A stretch of DNA of 64,000 nt, taken from assembly GCA_965369655.1 (NCBI GenBank), contig CBDUQR010000010.1, positions 1-64,000 of the forward strand. Reading direction: 5' to 3'. Below, one piece after another: positions 49,598 to 58,937 of this stretch; positions within the stretch are counted from its first letter, which is position 1, and the number at the start of each line of letters is the position of its first letter. The notes below the pieces were generated by a model that had not been told where the DNA came from, made no database searches, and was given only the letters and a program-made list of their open reading frames with translations. The translations under genes and the position numbers were made by a program. The DNA is from an uncultured bacterium (lineage in GTDB: Bacteria; Zixibacteria; MSB-5A5; JAABVY01; JAHJOQ01).

Positions 49598-50639
49598 ACG
49601 CCCTTTCGATTACGGCCATGTTATCTTCCCAGACCGCTCGCGTTTCGACTGTCGCTCTGTTGGCTGACGATGCGCGGTTTCTGAGATCGCTGTCATCGGC
49701 AGCCCTGAGCAGGCAGGATGCGAGCGAATCAATGTCGCCGGGAGGAAAGGTCAACGCGGTAGCTGAGTCCTCAATCCATTCCAGATTACCAGGAATATCT
49801 GTTACAACCGGCAACGCGCCCGCCGACATCGCATCGAGGAGGGATACCGAGGTCGAGTCGGATTTTGAACAAGAGACATATATATCTGCCGACTGGAGCA
49901 GCTCTTCATATTCGCGTCCATCTTTGAAACCGACGAACTCAACATTGTCGAGTCTAAGTTGCGCGACGAGAGATTCAAGTCGATCACGTTCGGAACCATC
50001 TCCGCATATCACGCATCTGTACGGAGGAAGCTTGCTTTTCAATCTGTCCAGAGCATGCAGGAGCAGTTGCACATCGTAGAGCGGTTCGAGTCTTCGCGTC
50101 GAGAGAATGTTCAGCGGCGCATCGCTCTTCCCCACGGATGAACGACCGATACGCTTCAACTGTGCCGATGGAATTCCCATCGGCTGAGTCACGAACTCAG
50201 CATCAAAATCGCCAAGATTTCGCGCTGTTTCTGTCATGAACATACTGTCCGACGTGATTATATCGGCATTGCCCAGCACCCAGCGCACGCGGGCGCGGTG
50301 CAGTCTCGATTTCGCAGGCGATACGAGAATATCAGAACCCCACAGCGACACTGCCACTGGCTTGAAGCCGGTCGCAACAGCGAGCACGCCGTAACTCGTG
50401 GCGAAATGCCCGTTGATCAGATCGGGACGGAACTCCCTGATTATCCGACGGACTCTTGCCCGTTCGAGATAGTACTTGAATGCCTCTATCGGTACGCGGC
50501 TCTCGATCAGCACATAGTCCCGGTCAGTCGCATCGACCTGAAGCGAAACAGTCTGCACTGCGTGGCCTCTGTCTTTGAAGTAATCGCGCCATCGTTTCAG
50601 GTGGGGCGGCCCGATATCTCCGAGCAGCAGCAACCTCAT
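49566..50639 (-). CDS. Glycosyltransferase family 4
   Basis: H...W, WGSDI, STRRLEPLYD, SD..SVSLLDAM and TDIPGN.EWI. Confidence 0.85.
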   Translation of the reverse strand: MRLLLLGDIGPPHLKRWRDYFKDRGHAVQTVSLQVDATDRDYVLIESRVPIEAFKYYLERARVRRIIREFRPDLINGHFATSYGVLAVATGFKPVAVSLWGSDILVSPAKSRLHRARVRWVLGNADIITSDSMFMTETARNLGDFDAEFVTQPMGIPSAQLKRIGRSSVGKSDAPLNILSTRRLEPLYDVQLLLHALDRLKSKLPPYRCVICGDGSERDRLESLVAQLRLDNVEFVGFKDGREYEELLQSADIYVSCSKSDSTSVSLLDAMSAGALPVVTDIPGNLEWIEDSATALTFPPGDIDSLASCLLRAADDSDLRNRASSANRATVETRAVWEDNMAVIERAFESIVRTTAK

Positions 50640-51610
50640 TATTTGATTCGCCCCCTGAGATTCTTCAGACCGCCGTACAGCTTTTTCTGACGGTCATATT
50701 CATAATACGACACTTGCTCAGCCCCCCAGCCTTCTTTGAATCCGACAAGGTTGTCGGCGCCCGATGGACTCGCGCCGAAGTTCAGCATGCGAACGCCGTC
50801 ATGTCTGAAGCCGAGTATATTGAACCAAAACAGATGGAAGTTAGCTCGCATGTCGAGTCCGATCTCGCTCGAGCAGCCATCCCAATAGATCGCCTCGTTG
50901 TTCCATGTGAAATATATGTGCCCGCAGCAGGCGCAATCACCGGCGTATACGATCTGCCAGATCAGGCTGTCGCTCGAAACAGTTGACAGCATATCCATAT
51001 AGAACGCGAGATCATATCTCGGTTTCGATCCATGCCGGTCGGCGCTCTCTTTCACGAGTGAGAAATACGCCTCGACATCAGCGGTCGACCTTACCGGTAC
51101 GACAGCGAAATCGGTCCTGGCAGTCTTATCGAGGTTCCTGCGATGGTTGTTCGACAGGTTGCGGTGCAGTATCACCTCGTCAGCATCGATACCAAGAACA
51201 TGTGTTGTCAAAACGTTGCGCACGAACCCGGAGTACGCATTGTTCTTTTCGGAGGCATATTCTACGACATTGACCCTGTCGATATCCTGCTCATCGCACC
51301 AGCGAATGAACTCCCGCGTCAACTCTGCTGTCATATCGTCATCACCGAGACTGACAGCGCCGCCGTAGGTGCCCATCGGCATCGAATAACACTCACTGAA
51401 TCCGAGCCTGCTCCTGCGACAGAATGGAAAGTATGCTAAGGTCCGATTACCGGATTCAAGCAGACAGATTGCGCCTTTGTATCCGGGACGGCCATTCCAC
51501 AGCGTCAGCCAGTCACAGCCCTGAAAAAACGTCCCTCGTTTCCGCGAAGGGTTCATCTCCTCGACCGCAGCCGACGCTTCGCCCCCCATGAGAACGACCG
51601 ATCGAGACAT
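50639..51610 (-). CDS. FemAB-like / CelD-BcsL-type GNAT acyl- or aminoacyltransferase
   Basis: FFQ...WL, SMPMGTYGG, L..NHRRNL.K, NFGAS and L..FKEGWGA. Confidence 0.75.
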   Translation of the reverse strand: MSRSVVLMGGEASAAVEEMNPSRKRGTFFQGCDWLTLWNGRPGYKGAICLLESGNRTLAYFPFCRRSRLGFSECYSMPMGTYGGAVSLGDDDMTAELTREFIRWCDEQDIDRVNVVEYASEKNNAYSGFVRNVLTTHVLGIDADEVILHRNLSNNHRRNLDKTARTDFAVVPVRSTADVEAYFSLVKESADRHGSKPRYDLAFYMDMLSTVSSDSLIWQIVYAGDCACCGHIYFTWNNEAIYWDGCSSEIGLDMRANFHLFWFNILGFRHDGVRMLNFGASPSGADNLVGFKEGWGAEQVSYYEYDRQKKLYGGLKNLRGRIK

Positions 51611-51612
51611 CG

Positions 51613-53847
51613 CTACTTTCTGATCACGGCTATCTTGCCGGTGTGGCTCTCGCCTTCGGGTGTGACTATGTAAAACAAGTACAGTCCGCCGGCGACGAAT
51701 TGACCGCCTTCGTTGCGACCATCCCAGCCCCCTGTGTTAGAAATCCCCTCCCTGACAAGTTCACCCGAGAGGGTGAATATGCGAACCTCAGTTGTCCCCT
51801 TGAAATTGAAACGCACGCCTCCCGGAATTTCGAGGAGGTGGTCCGGGATGATGAACGGGTTCGGGTATGCGAACACTTCTTCGATATCACTCGTGAAAAC
51901 CCCGGCATCGATGTCGAGCCGCGACAAACCTGTCGATGTGCCAATCCAGAGGTACTCATCAGCGCCGAAAAAGAGCGATGTTATCTCGTCTCCGGCGATG
52001 CCGCTGTTGGCTGTGGTATATATCTCCATACTCGAACCATCGGCAGGAATCAATACAAGACCGCTCGAAGTGCCGACCCAGAGATTGCTGAACGGATCCG
52101 ATTCGAGTGCGTTGATCTGAGGGCTTGCGCCCGACGGCAGTTCGATTCGCCTGAACCTGTCGATACCTTCGTCGTAGTATGCGAGGCCCGCATTCGTGCC
52201 GATCCATACCGTGAATGCATCGAAACCGATCTCGCCCTCATTCCTGACGCTCGATATCACCCGGATGTTATCTGATGGAAGATTGTAATTGATCGTATCC
52301 TGAGTGCTGTACTGCCTGCTGGTTATATTGGCGTGGTCGAACGGATCGTCGCCGAATGTTGTCCGGAACAGTCCCGAATTCTCATAACCCGTCCACAGGA
52401 CATCACCGACAACGTGTATTGCCTGAATAAAATGATCGGTAAGACCATCGTGATTCGTGTAGTAATCCCACATATCGATAGCAGGATCATAGAAGCTCAC
52501 GGGACGCATCGGATGACCACGGTAGCAGGTGAACCACAATCTCCCCGCATCATCAAGGTCGATATCGGTGACGACAACGTAATGCAGACCGTCGGAATTG
52601 CCATACAGGCTGCTGTTGGTTGTATCGTATTTGACAACTGAATCCCCGGATATCCTGAAAGCGCCGTTCTGCCATGTGCCGATCCAGACGTCGTCGTTTC
52701 GATCCACCACAAGATCGCGTTGTCCGCCATCTGATTTCGGCAGTTCGATATGTTCCCAGTTTTCACCATCGAAACTCGACACATCCGGTTCCTTGACAAT
52801 GACCCAAATCTTTCCGTCACTCTCCCCTCCCACCGCGACAATTGCATTTGATGCCGGGCCGGGAATAACAACATTGTCCCAGTCTCCGCCGGAGCCTCTT
52901 ACAAATATCCCGTCGGCCTCGGTTCCGACCACCAGATATGTCGCATCGAGCGAGACCTGAAATGTTACATCATCGAGCCCGAAAATATCCAGCGCAGTGA
53001 TCGATGATCCGTCGTACACAAACAGGCTGTCAGTTGTCGTGATATGAGCGGTGTTGCCAACCAGCCGAAGTTCGGACACCTGCTGTGAGTCAAGGCCTGC
53101 AAGCTCCCACGCAAACCACAAACCATCCCGAAACAGGCGAAAGAGCCCTGACGCAGTGCCCACCAGCGGATCGTTCTGCCATAGCAGTATGTTCGCGATA
53201 TCGTCCTGCGGATAGCCGGTGGAATTCGAAGCGGTAGCTGTCGTCCAGTGATTGAAATCCTGTAGAAACTGATCATCAGCGTCGGCGAAAGCCACTCCCT
53301 CACGGCTCGCTGCGGCCAGCAGGTCGCCGTAGATCGAGATGGAGAGGATCGGAGTCTCGACGGTGAAATCGCCAAGACGCCGGTATGTTTCCTTCACCTC
53401 GCCGCCGTTTCTATACATATCGAACTTGCTGATGCCAATCTCGGTGGCAATCCAGATGAAGTCGCCGTAATGCGCCATGTCGTTTATCGAGACAGCGTTA
53501 CCGTCGCGGTCTCGCAACAGAAATATCCTGAAGTCCCCTTGCAGGGGATCGAATCGGGAAAGCTTGCCGGTAGTCGATCCGAACCAGAGGTAGCCTCCCG
53601 CAGCGATTCCTGATACGATGTCGTTATCGCCCAAGCCTTCCGAATTCGTGTACTTCACCAGGTCGCTTCCATCCGGGTTGAACCGCAGCACACCGCCGCT
53701 TGTCCCCGCCCAGATGCGCCCGTCATATTCGACCAGACATGTCGCCTTCCTGGAGTCCGTATATGTTTTCCAGGAGATAGCGTGTGTCGAGTCGATGGCG
53801 AAAAGCGTCACCAGGATGGCAGCTATTATAGATAATACCGGCTTCAT
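51613..53847 (-). CDS. PorZ-like exported beta-propeller protein with a T9SS-type C-terminal domain
   Basis: Signal peptide, repeated W.GT..GL blades and N..L..N.I linkers; CTD YPNPF...VRIFTLSGELV...WDGRNE.G..VAGGLY...GKIAVIR. Confidence 0.75.
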   Translation of the reverse strand: MKPVLSIIAAILVTLFAIDSTHAISWKTYTDSRKATCLVEYDGRIWAGTSGGVLRFNPDGSDLVKYTNSEGLGDNDIVSGIAAGGYLWFGSTTGKLSRFDPLQGDFRIFLLRDRDGNAVSINDMAHYGDFIWIATEIGISKFDMYRNGGEVKETYRRLGDFTVETPILSISIYGDLLAAASREGVAFADADDQFLQDFNHWTTATASNSTGYPQDDIANILLWQNDPLVGTASGLFRLFRDGLWFAWELAGLDSQQVSELRLVGNTAHITTTDSLFVYDGSSITALDIFGLDDVTFQVSLDATYLVVGTEADGIFVRGSGGDWDNVVIPGPASNAIVAVGGESDGKIWVIVKEPDVSSFDGENWEHIELPKSDGGQRDLVVDRNDDVWIGTWQNGAFRISGDSVVKYDTTNSSLYGNSDGLHYVVVTDIDLDDAGRLWFTCYRGHPMRPVSFYDPAIDMWDYYTNHDGLTDHFIQAIHVVGDVLWTGYENSGLFRTTFGDDPFDHANITSRQYSTQDTINYNLPSDNIRVISSVRNEGEIGFDAFTVWIGTNAGLAYYDEGIDRFRRIELPSGASPQINALESDPFSNLWVGTSSGLVLIPADGSSMEIYTTANSGIAGDEITSLFFGADEYLWIGTSTGLSRLDIDAGVFTSDIEEVFAYPNPFIIPDHLLEIPGGVRFNFKGTTEVRIFTLSGELVREGISNTGGWDGRNEGGQFVAGGLYLFYIVTPEGESHTGKIAVIRK

Positions 53848-53848
53848 A

Positions 53849-55402
53849 CTATACACTGAATAGTTTAACAACGACGCCGACCAAAAGAAACAGAAAAGTG
53901 ATAAGTACGCACAGCTTCGGCAGCCAATATCCATGCTTTGTGAAAAATGTCAACTCGGAAACCCTGCCTATCCTTTCGTAGACTATCGTCCTCTCCCAGA
54001 GATCGCTGCGACCATGCTTCTTTCCATACGGGTCCGTCGTGAAAGTAAACCCCGAATTGGCGCATCTCGCTATCCACACCCTGTTCTCAATTGCGCGAAA
54101 CGGCGTCATCTGCATGTGCTGATACGGCCCGGCAGTCTTGCCGAACCATGTGTCGTTGGTGATCGTAACGAGAAAATCGGCTCCCCTGTTCACATAGCTG
54201 CGCGCAAGATCGGCAAACGCCAACTCAAAACAGATCAGGCAGGCATAGTCCCCCTTCGGATGCCGGAACAGCAGCAAAGTATCACCCGACGAGAAATCAG
54301 ACTGTCCGAGATCGATCTTCTTCACGAGCGGGAAATAGTCCGCATACGGGACCCGCTCGGAGAACGGAACCAGTTCGATTTTCTTATACGGAATCTGAAC
54401 TTGTCCGTTCGGTGTAAACTGATAGCAGCCATTGTAATATTCGCCTCTCTCACCGGCTCTACCCTGATCATAGATCAGCGTTCCGACAAGCATATACGTT
54501 TCGAGATCGGAAGCCAGCGTGGCAAGCCGGTGGTAGTACATGTGTTCGAGTTCAAGATACATCGGCGCCGCTGTCTCTGGCCAGATAATCAGGTCAACGC
54601 CGTTTGAGTCGGCCTCGCGCGTCAGGCTGTCGTAAATATGAATATTGTAGTCGCGCAACGCTCGATCCCATTTGATCTCGAGCGGGAAATGCCCTTGCAG
54701 GAGCGCAACACTTATATCATCATCAGATTCCGTCAAGTCTGGATCGTAAAGGAGAGCACCAGCAAAAAGACCCGCAATGGCGATTGAGCTTGCGATCACG
54801 ATTTTTCTTCTTTGACTCCAAGCCGCGTATATCAGCAGGTTTACCACGCACAGCCAGAATGATATTCCGAGATCGCCCCAGATATCCGCAGTCTGGATCA
54901 GCGGCAGATAGCTCGATTGCGTGTAGCACAGGAACGCCCATGGGAATGCGAACTGCGACAGCGTGCGGATGTATTCGACCGACGTCCACACGAATGGCAG
55001 GAACATGATGAATACCCGGTGTCTCCGGTACAACCAGCAAAACGCCCCGAATATCATCGCATAGAATAGCGAATGCAAAACCGCCATTCCGACGAAACAG
55101 AATAGACCATAGACAGTCTTGGTCAACAGCGGATGAATTATCGTGACGCCCTGGGAGCTGTTGAATGCGAAGCTCGCCACCCAGTGCAGGGTGAATACTG
55201 TGATCTCAAAACCGAACAGATAACCGAGCCGAAACCCTGACTTAAAACCCTTGTCTCTGGCCACAACCAGGAGTGGGACAAGACAGAACCAGGCGAGGAA
55301 TCCGAACGACAGCGGCGCGAAACCGGCTGAGAAAAGAACAGCCGACAAAAGCACGAGCCGCTTGTCTCTATCCAGAACAAGCATTTTCAGGAATTCATAC
55401 AT
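53849..55402 (-). CDS. lnt: Apolipoprotein N-acyltransferase
   Basis: FPW..L.Y.Q, WPETA, YKK..LVPFSE, ICFE, TND.WFG and RAIE.R. Confidence 0.93.
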   Translation of the reverse strand: MYEFLKMLVLDRDKRLVLLSAVLFSAGFAPLSFGFLAWFCLVPLLVVARDKGFKSGFRLGYLFGFEITVFTLHWVASFAFNSSQGVTIIHPLLTKTVYGLFCFVGMAVLHSLFYAMIFGAFCWLYRRHRVFIMFLPFVWTSVEYIRTLSQFAFPWAFLCYTQSSYLPLIQTADIWGDLGISFWLCVVNLLIYAAWSQRRKIVIASSIAIAGLFAGALLYDPDLTESDDDISVALLQGHFPLEIKWDRALRDYNIHIYDSLTREADSNGVDLIIWPETAAPMYLELEHMYYHRLATLASDLETYMLVGTLIYDQGRAGERGEYYNGCYQFTPNGQVQIPYKKIELVPFSERVPYADYFPLVKKIDLGQSDFSSGDTLLLFRHPKGDYACLICFELAFADLARSYVNRGADFLVTITNDTWFGKTAGPYQHMQMTPFRAIENRVWIARCANSGFTFTTDPYGKKHGRSDLWERTIVYERIGRVSELTFFTKHGYWLPKLCVLITFLFLLVGVVVKLFSV

Positions 55403-55524
55403 GCGCACGGCTATTCTACGGATGAAACACTCTCCCGATTATGATTGATCGAGACGATATTGATTCTGACAAACAAGTCAGGAGTCTGAGTATTAGCAAT
55501 CAAAAAGTAGGCGTGGTGGTGGTG

Positions 55525-56568
55525 TTATGACGAATAGGTCATCGCAACCGGCTGATCGCCCTTTGCGATTTTTCCAATCTCAAACGGCCTGACGGTGAAG
55601 CTGTCGTCCGACAGCAGTCGACCGGCGCTCTCGGGATCGAGCACTGCGACAAGGCCGATCCCCATATTGAAAACACGGTACATCTCCTCGGTCTCGACAT
55701 TGCTCAGCTTCCGCATGATAGAAAATACCTGCGGGATGCTCTGACTGCCGACTTCGACCTGCGCGCATAACCCGTCCGGGATGATCCGATTCAGGTTGCC
55801 GGGAATACCGCCGCCGGTGATGTGAGCGATTCCCCTCACGCCATGCGCCTTGAGCTTCCCGATCTCTTCGAGGTAGCAGTAATGCGGCATGAGCAGTTCC
55901 TCGCCGAGCGTGCGACCGAATTCATCGACTTTTCGCGCGACGTCCCATTTCGCAATGTCGAAGAAAATCTTTCTCGCGAGCGAATAGCCGTTGGTGTGTA
56001 AGCCGACCGATGGGAAGCCGACCACGATGTCCCCTTCGGCGATCTTCGAGCCGTCGATCACACCATCTGATGCGACCACTCCGACTATGAAGCCTGCGAG
56101 GTCGTACTCGCCTTTCCTGTAGAACTCTGGCATCTCTGCGGTCTCACCCCCTACGAGGGCGACTCCCGACTTGAGGCATGCAGTGGCGAAACCCTTTACG
56201 ATCTCTTCCACCACATTAGGATCGAGATACCCGGTGCTGATATAGTCGAGGAAAAACAGCGGCTGAGCGCCACAGACCGCGATGTCATTGACACAGTGAT
56301 TGACCAGATCCGCCCCGACCGAATTATGTATACCGGTCATAAACGCGATTTTCAACTTGGTACCGACGCCGTCACAACTCGAAACCAGGATCGGGTCTTT
56401 CACCGATTCCAGATCGAGCTTGAACGCGCCGCCGAATCCGCCGAACTTGCCGATGACGTTCTGGTTGAACGTCGCCGCAGCCAGCGATTTGATCTTCTCG
56501 GTCGCAAGGTCTGAGCGGCCAAGATCAACGCCGGCGGAACTGTAATCGACACGCTTTGAATCAGCCAT
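55525..56568 (-). CDS. purM: Phosphoribosylformylglycinamidine cyclo-ligase
   Basis: Y..AGVD, DGVGTKLK, GGETAEMP, HTNGYSL, HITGGG and FNMGIG. Confidence 0.96.
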   Translation of the reverse strand: MADSKRVDYSSAGVDLGRSDLATEKIKSLAAATFNQNVIGKFGGFGGAFKLDLESVKDPILVSSCDGVGTKLKIAFMTGIHNSVGADLVNHCVNDIAVCGAQPLFFLDYISTGYLDPNVVEEIVKGFATACLKSGVALVGGETAEMPEFYRKGEYDLAGFIVGVVASDGVIDGSKIAEGDIVVGFPSVGLHTNGYSLARKIFFDIAKWDVARKVDEFGRTLGEELLMPHYCYLEEIGKLKAHGVRGIAHITGGGIPGNLNRIIPDGLCAQVEVGSQSIPQVFSIMRKLSNVETEEMYRVFNMGIGLVAVLDPESAGRLLSDDSFTVRPFEIGKIAKGDQPVAMTYSS

Positions 56569-56657
56569 GATGAGCTAAGCTATGCGGTATCCCCCCTATA
56601 GTCAACACGTAAATGGGAGACACTTTGCGTGGACGGCAGATGTGAAGAAGTATCCGA

Positions 56658-57413
56658 TCAACTCTGGAATCCCAGAAGCAGGATTGCTGAGACGACCACG
56701 ACAACTATCAGCACCCAGCGAACGAATACTGCGCCTCGTTTCACTGCCATCCTCGAAGCGACCCATGCGCCCGACATGTTTCCAACCGCGAGCACGAGCC
56801 CGACCGACCAGCGGACCTGATCGTTGAGAAAGAAGACAACGAGTGCGAATACCGTGAAACAGAGGACTATCAGGAGTTTCACTGCGTTGGCGCGGACCAG
56901 ATCGTATCCGGCTCCGAGCACCAACCCTGCGAGAAGGAATATCCCCACGCCCGCCTGTATGAAACCGCCATAGAGGCCGATCGCAAAGAAAATCAGATAT
57001 TGAACCCAGCCTGGATTTCGGTCGAGCCTTTCCGGCATGCTCGCAAACCATCGCTTCGGCCTGACAATCAGCACTATCAACATCACAACCATCAGGCCCC
57101 CGATAATCCGGCGCATAACGATCTCGTCCAGGTCTGCGGCAATCTGCGCGCCGATCACAGCGCCGATCACTGCCGGAACGGCAAGAATCAGACCTCTGCG
57201 GAAGCTAAGCACTTTCTGCTGCCGGAAACTCCCGACGGCGACGACATTCTGCAGCAGAATCGCCACACGATTCGTACCGTTCGCGATGTTTGCTGGGAGG
57301 CCTGCAAAGATCAGAAGAGGGAGCGTTACAAGAGAGCCGCTCCCCGCGAGCGTGTTGATGAAACCTGCGAGGAAACCTGCTGCAATTACTGCCGGATAAA
57401 GATACCAGTCCAA
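56658..57413 (-). CDS. TauE/SafE (TSUP) family membrane transporter
   Basis: AGFINTLAGSGSL, ANGTNR and YGGFIQAGVG. Confidence 0.88.
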   Translation of the reverse strand: MDWYLYPAVIAAGFLAGFINTLAGSGSLVTLPLLIFAGLPANIANGTNRVAILLQNVVAVGSFRQQKVLSFRRGLILAVPAVIGAVIGAQIAADLDEIVMRRIIGGLMVVMLIVLIVRPKRWFASMPERLDRNPGWVQYLIFFAIGLYGGFIQAGVGIFLLAGLVLGAGYDLVRANAVKLLIVLCFTVFALVVFFLNDQVRWSVGLVLAVGNMSGAWVASRMAVKRGAVFVRWVLIVVVVVSAILLLGFQS

Positions 57414-57527
57414 ACGCTATCTCCGCTGGCGGTTTGAAATGTCAGAGCACGATACGACTCGCCTGTGGTAAAGGCAACCAAATCCGAGTGGGATTGATGC
57501 ATCAAACATTGCCATTGTGCGGCAGGA

Positions 57528-57556
57528 TACTGTGGGCTGCAGACGAGGACGTCTGC
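57528..57556. repeat. GTGG-headed REP-like palindrome (short copy)
   Basis: tactgtgggctgcagacgaggacgtctgc; shares its head and GCAGAC/GTCTGC stem with 9400, 9604 and 9679. A partial copy lies at about 56629-56643. Confidence 0.6.
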
Positions 57557-57608
57557 TAACATAGCACAGGTCGCGATTATCTATGCAACTGGCCGCATGT
57601 CGTATCAA

Positions 57609-58478
57609 TCACTGCGGTTCGATAAGAATAACTTTGGCAATATCGATAGAATTGACGCCAGCTTTCTCTGCTATTTTCTTCAATGTCTCATCCTGATCAG
57701 CTTCAATCCCATTGGCAGAAAGCCTGCTCAGAGCGGTCTCGACATTCATACCTGATGATTCACAGAATGTACTGAGGGACCTGTTGCCCAGCCCTGTCCC
57801 GGCCAGTTTCGCTTCGATATCCTCCGGACTCATAGAAGCTGCCTCGGCTGAATCCAATTTCGGCTCGAATTTCTTGATGAACGAATAGAGTTCCATCGGT
57901 GCAATCCCATTCTGTATCGAAATCTCTTCGAGCGTCATCGTCGAATCGTCGACCTGAATTCCATTTGATCTGAGTTCCGCGAGAGCCGCTTCGAGATCAA
58001 TATCCATCTTTCTCGAAAATCCAATCAGCGAGACATCCTCAGCGTGTCCGAACGGCGGTTCGTGCTCTTCAGTGACTACCCACTGTTCCTTGATGAATTC
58101 GTTGAAATTAAGCAGATAACTCAGCGGCGGTATCTGATAGAGTGCGCTGATGACGACAAATACCGAGACAACTGTACTGATAACGAGCTCCCGCTTCAGA
58201 CGGACGCCTTTCGTGACCTTGTTCATCAGGTAATGCATCAGCGGTTTCCAGTTGAAGTAGATGTGGAAAGCACCTGCTACGATGAACAGGATGCTCGACA
58301 GGATATGGATACTTCCCCAATCAGTTTTGGACAGGCCGATCAGATCCCAGAATGTCCAGTACGCGATTCTCCCCTCTGGGACAATGTAGAGGATCAATCC
58401 GGTTATCGACATGACCAGAAAACCGAACAGTGTGAAGAATGATGTCATGCCTCTGTATTGAATTCCGTTCTTTTTCAT
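57609..58478 (-). CDS. DUF4405-like membrane protein with His-bearing TM helices
   Basis: TGLILYIVP.G, W..IH and H...NWK.L..Y; C-terminal repeated helical units (PPFGHAE...). Confidence 0.75.
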   Translation of the reverse strand: MKKNGIQYRGMTSFFTLFGFLVMSITGLILYIVPEGRIAYWTFWDLIGLSKTDWGSIHILSSILFIVAGAFHIYFNWKPLMHYLMNKVTKGVRLKRELVISTVVSVFVVISALYQIPPLSYLLNFNEFIKEQWVVTEEHEPPFGHAEDVSLIGFSRKMDIDLEAALAELRSNGIQVDDSTMTLEEISIQNGIAPMELYSFIKKFEPKLDSAEAASMSPEDIEAKLAGTGLGNRSLSTFCESSGMNVETALSRLSANGIEADQDETLKKIAEKAGVNSIDIAKVILIEPQ

Positions 58479-58593
58479 TGATGCTCCTATGGCTACGCAT
58501 TCATGTTATTACTAAGACACGGAACCGCTCCAGAACATGCAAGTTTTCTTGCAATATTCCGATGGAAATCGAGCCGTATCAACTACCATTCCA

Positions 58594-58658
58594 GAGGGGA
58601 CGCTGTGGGCGACAGGCTCGTCATTCCTGCTATAGGGCTTGTTAAGAACCCCTCGCCA
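58594..58658 (+). ncRNA. Candidate 65-nt structured RNA (Flavo-1/Acido-Lenti-1-like), ending in GCCA
   Basis: GAGGGG/CCCCTC outer stem, internal loop ACGCTGTGGGC // AAGAA and GACAGGCTC/GGGCTTGTT inner stem, followed by a terminator. The family resemblance is from memory only. Confidence 0.55.
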
Positions 58659-58710
58659 GTTAGTAGTTAGTAGCTCATGCCCACTCGGGGCATGAGTCTT
58701 TTTCAGAGAC
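58623..58710. repeat. Direct repeat, left copy (88 bp)
   Basis: Identical to 60273-60353 apart from one extra GTTAGTA unit. Confidence 0.95.
58673..58703 (+). terminator. Rho-independent terminator
   Basis: gctcatgccc-actcg-gggcatgagt followed by cttttt; duplicated at 60316-60346. Confidence 0.85.
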
Positions 58711-58937
58711 TAACTCCGCTGGTCATGTGATACCCGAAACACGACACGACACACATGCGTCAGAGACAACCAAAACCGTGCAGAGACAGTGGGGGCGAGT
58801 CTGCTAATCGAGAATGTGTCATTGCGAAACACCGGCCAGCTAATCCAGAACAATGTCAAAGAAACATAGCAGACAGAATCAATCTTGGGCTGTGTTTCCC
58901 GATATAGCCAATACAGGTTCAATTCAGCAGGGAATGC

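Noticed and set aside
58594-58658. tRNA-Sec, tRNA-Pyl or tmRNA interpretation of the GCCA-ending element
   Set aside because: It is too short, has no TTCRA T-loop, no proper anticodon arm and no G3:U70 pair.
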